Below, piece by piece: positions 63,907-64,000 of a stretch of DNA of 64,000 nt. The stretch's first letter is position 1. Every line of letters begins with the position of its first letter. The position numbers were made by a program, and so were the translations under genes. This stretch comes from the human T2T-CHM13v2.0 reference genome, Homo sapiens, in the NCBI RefSeq assembly GCF_009914755.1, contig NC_060945.1; one strand, written 5' to 3'. The notes below the pieces were generated by a model that had not been told where the DNA came from, made no database searches, and worked only from the letters and a program-made list of their open reading frames with translations.

Positions 63907-64000
63907 AGGTCCAGGACTTGAACTCAGGCCATGAGACCGGGCCAGGGTTGTGAGCAAAAGTGCAGCTCGTTGCGGTGCCTCCCTCGGCACCAGTGGGAGG

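Overview
This is GC-rich human genomic DNA, recognisable as chr21q22.3. It holds the last ten coding exons (23-32) of TRPM2 on + (4116-22288, C-terminal coiled coil plus NUDT9-H domain). Next come a CpG-island promoter and the gene LRRC3 on + (CDS 37098-37871, 257 aa). An ancient ~5.9-kb nuclear mitochondrial insertion (NUMT) lies at ~49740-55628: control region, tRNA-Pro, tRNA-Thr, CYTB, tRNA-Glu, ND6, ND5 and tRNA-Leu. It is broken by nested Alu, MaLR and MER4 insertions and keeps pre-human ancestral mtDNA states. A repeat-dense stretch follows, with an ERV1 LTR plus gag remnant, THE1/MST, LTR13 inside MLT2, MER53 and an LTR-internal VNTR. There are many Alus (one AluYb8), old L1s, about ten minisatellites and two telomere-like tracts. 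I found no convincing new multi-gene biological system. The best leads are the NUMT as a datable fossil, triplicated competing splice donors after TRPM2 exon 31 that predict NMD-escaping alternative C-termini, an all-E-box minisatellite, a splice-site-like VNTR next to the skippable exon 27, and uORFs in LRRC3. Gene names and repeat subfamilies come from recalled sequences, not database searches, and repeat boundaries are approximate.
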